Origin: Stagnimonas sp.
Lineage (GTDB): Bacteria; Pseudomonadota; Gammaproteobacteria; Nevskiales; Nevskiaceae
DNA: 64,000 nucleotides
Assembly: GCA_965279705.1 (NCBI GenBank)
Contig: OZ257257.1
Coordinates: 2,715,113-2,779,112, forward strand
Direction: 5' to 3'
Of this stretch, positions 63,052 through 64,000 are shown piece by piece. Numbering within the stretch: the stretch's first letter is position 1; each line of letters starts with the position of its first letter. Below the pieces are notes generated by a model. The model was not told the DNA's origin. It saw nothing but the letters and a program-made list of their open reading frames with translations, and ran no database searches. The position numbers and the translations under genes were made by a program.

Positions 63052-64000
63052 TTAGATGTTGTATTTCACGTTGAGCGCAATGTAGTCGCGATCGGAGTAC
63101 GGATTTTGCGACAGGTTGCTGCCGCCTGCAGGGCTTTCGTTGGCGCCTGCGCGTTGCACGGCCTTGGGATCGCCAAAAAACTTCTGGTAGCTGATGCCGA
63201 CTTCGAGATTTTGCAGATACTGGGTCGAGAACCCGATACCCATGCGGCGATCGCCTTCGCCATAAATAGGGCCAAAAGCGCCACTCAGCGAGGGGTTTCC
63301 TTTTTCAATCGCGCCCCAGGACAAGGTGGTCTTGAAATCGAAACCCGGCACGATGTTGCGCTTGTTGAGGTAGGACAGGAACTGGTAGCCCAGCGAGTTG
63401 CGGTTGGTGAACAGCTCATCGCCGTTGCCCACAGGGATGATGCCTGGCTCTTCGGGGAAGGGGTCCACATCGTAGACGTGCACAAAACCCACCTCGCCCA
63501 CCACGACCAGCTCGTCGAAGAAAATCTGCGGGTTGAATACCGTCAGCCCCGAGATGAGGATCTGGCCGACATCGCCACGAGTGAATACCGGCACCAGCAC
63601 CTTCGAGATGACCGCCTTGGTTTGCAGATCGGAGCCTTGGCGATAGTTGAACTCACCGCCGAGGTTGAACTTGCCGATGGCGGTGGAAAACGTGAGGCTG
63701 GTGAGGTGAATACCGTTGTAATACTGGGCTTGGTAGGTGGTGGGCACCAGCTGGTTGATAACGCTGGTGGTAATCACCGGGCCCACTGCCTCACCCGTGA
63801 CCGGATTACGCAGCTGGCCGATGGGTGCAAAGCCGGGGTTGAGCTTCACCGTCGGGTTCGCATCGGCGTAGCGCAGGTGATACAGGCCCAGGGTGGTGGT
63901 GGAGGTGAATGGATACTTCACGCCCACGCCCCATTGCCCCCAGTTGCTGGGCCGGATGTCTGGCCCGCGCTGCACATTGATAGTGGGGTTGGTGACCAGC
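63052..64000 (-). CDS. DUF1302 family outer-membrane protein (copy 3, N-terminus beyond window end)
   Basis: The ORF is open to the window edge. 'GQWGVGVKYPFTSTTTLGLYHLRYADANP' parallels copy 1 'GQWGLGVRYRLTSDTNLGLYRLRYHNTTP'. The C-terminal beta-strand ends 'NVKYNI'. Confidence 0.7.
   Translation of the reverse strand, partial: LVTNPTINVQRGPDIRPSNWGQWGVGVKYPFTSTTTLGLYHLRYADANPTVKLNPGFAPIGQLRNPVTGEAVGPVITTSVINQLVPTTYQAQYYNGIHLTSLTFSTAIGKFNLGGEFNYRQGSDLQTKAVISKVLVPVFTRGDVGQILISGLTVFNPQIFFDELVVVGEVGFVHVYDVDPFPEEPGIIPVGNGDELFTNRNSLGYQFLSYLNKRNIVPGFDFKTTLSWGAIEKGNPSLSGAFGPIYGEGDRRMGIGFSTQYLQNLEVGISYQKFFGDPKAVQRAGANESPAGGSNLSQNPYSDRDYIALNVKYNI

Noticed and set aside
1-64000. Search for CRISPR arrays, tRNA/rRNA genes, IS elements, integrases, and toxin-antitoxin or phage-defence genes.
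   Set aside because: None were recognised. No spaced identical repeats, no cloverleaf-like sequence in any gap over 80 nt, and no transposase, integrase or nuclease-type ORFs. The window looks like core or accessory catabolic chromosome rather than a mobile or defence island.

Overview
GC-rich, very gene-dense proteobacterial-type chromosomal segment. There is almost no non-coding DNA, and many neighbouring genes share 1-4 nt start/stop overlaps. I found no rRNA, tRNA, CRISPR array, transposase, integrase or phage genes. The content is almost entirely lipid, hydrocarbon and acyl-CoA catabolism plus envelope transport. (1) A lipolytic string at 0.05-5.7 kb: EstB-like serine hydrolase, ferredoxin/rubredoxin reductase, a lipoprotein homologue of Candida antarctica lipase B, and a DUF1302 outer-membrane protein. 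(2) An eight-gene atu/liu-like operon at 6.8-16.7 kb: crotonase, AtuA, embedded TetR, a split biotin carboxylase/BCCP, carboxyltransferase, esterase and acyl-CoA synthetase. (3) A lower-GC quinone oxidoreductase/AraC pair. (4) LemA-DUF2207. (5) The most interesting block, at 21.4-32.6 kb: an AlkB-rubredoxin fusion with a divergent AraC regulator, followed on the same strand by DUF1302, DUF1329, an MMPL-type RND transporter, a Ycf48-like BNR protein and a membrane desaturase-family protein. I read this as a candidate trans-envelope hydrocarbon/lipid handling system of unknown mechanism. (6) A quinohemoprotein alcohol dehydrogenase operon containing an apparently permuted crotonase, AcpH and an old yellow enzyme, then an acyl-CoA dehydrogenase and an SDR. 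(7) A TetR-controlled tripartite RND efflux operon. (8) P450-GST-CysC. (9) A second DUF1329 with an MFS transporter, an ACAD and a SnoaL-like protein. (10) A histidine kinase and a REC-REC regulator, followed by DUF1214-like, sulfotransferase, SDR and tandem EthD-like genes. (11) A GFA protein, a flavin reductase-MarR fusion and a third, truncated DUF1302. Non-genic structure includes two copies of a ~65-nt double-hairpin REP-like element, two or three intrinsic terminators (one inside the DUF1329/RND cluster) and several candidate operators. All family calls come from motif recognition by eye, since no database search was possible.
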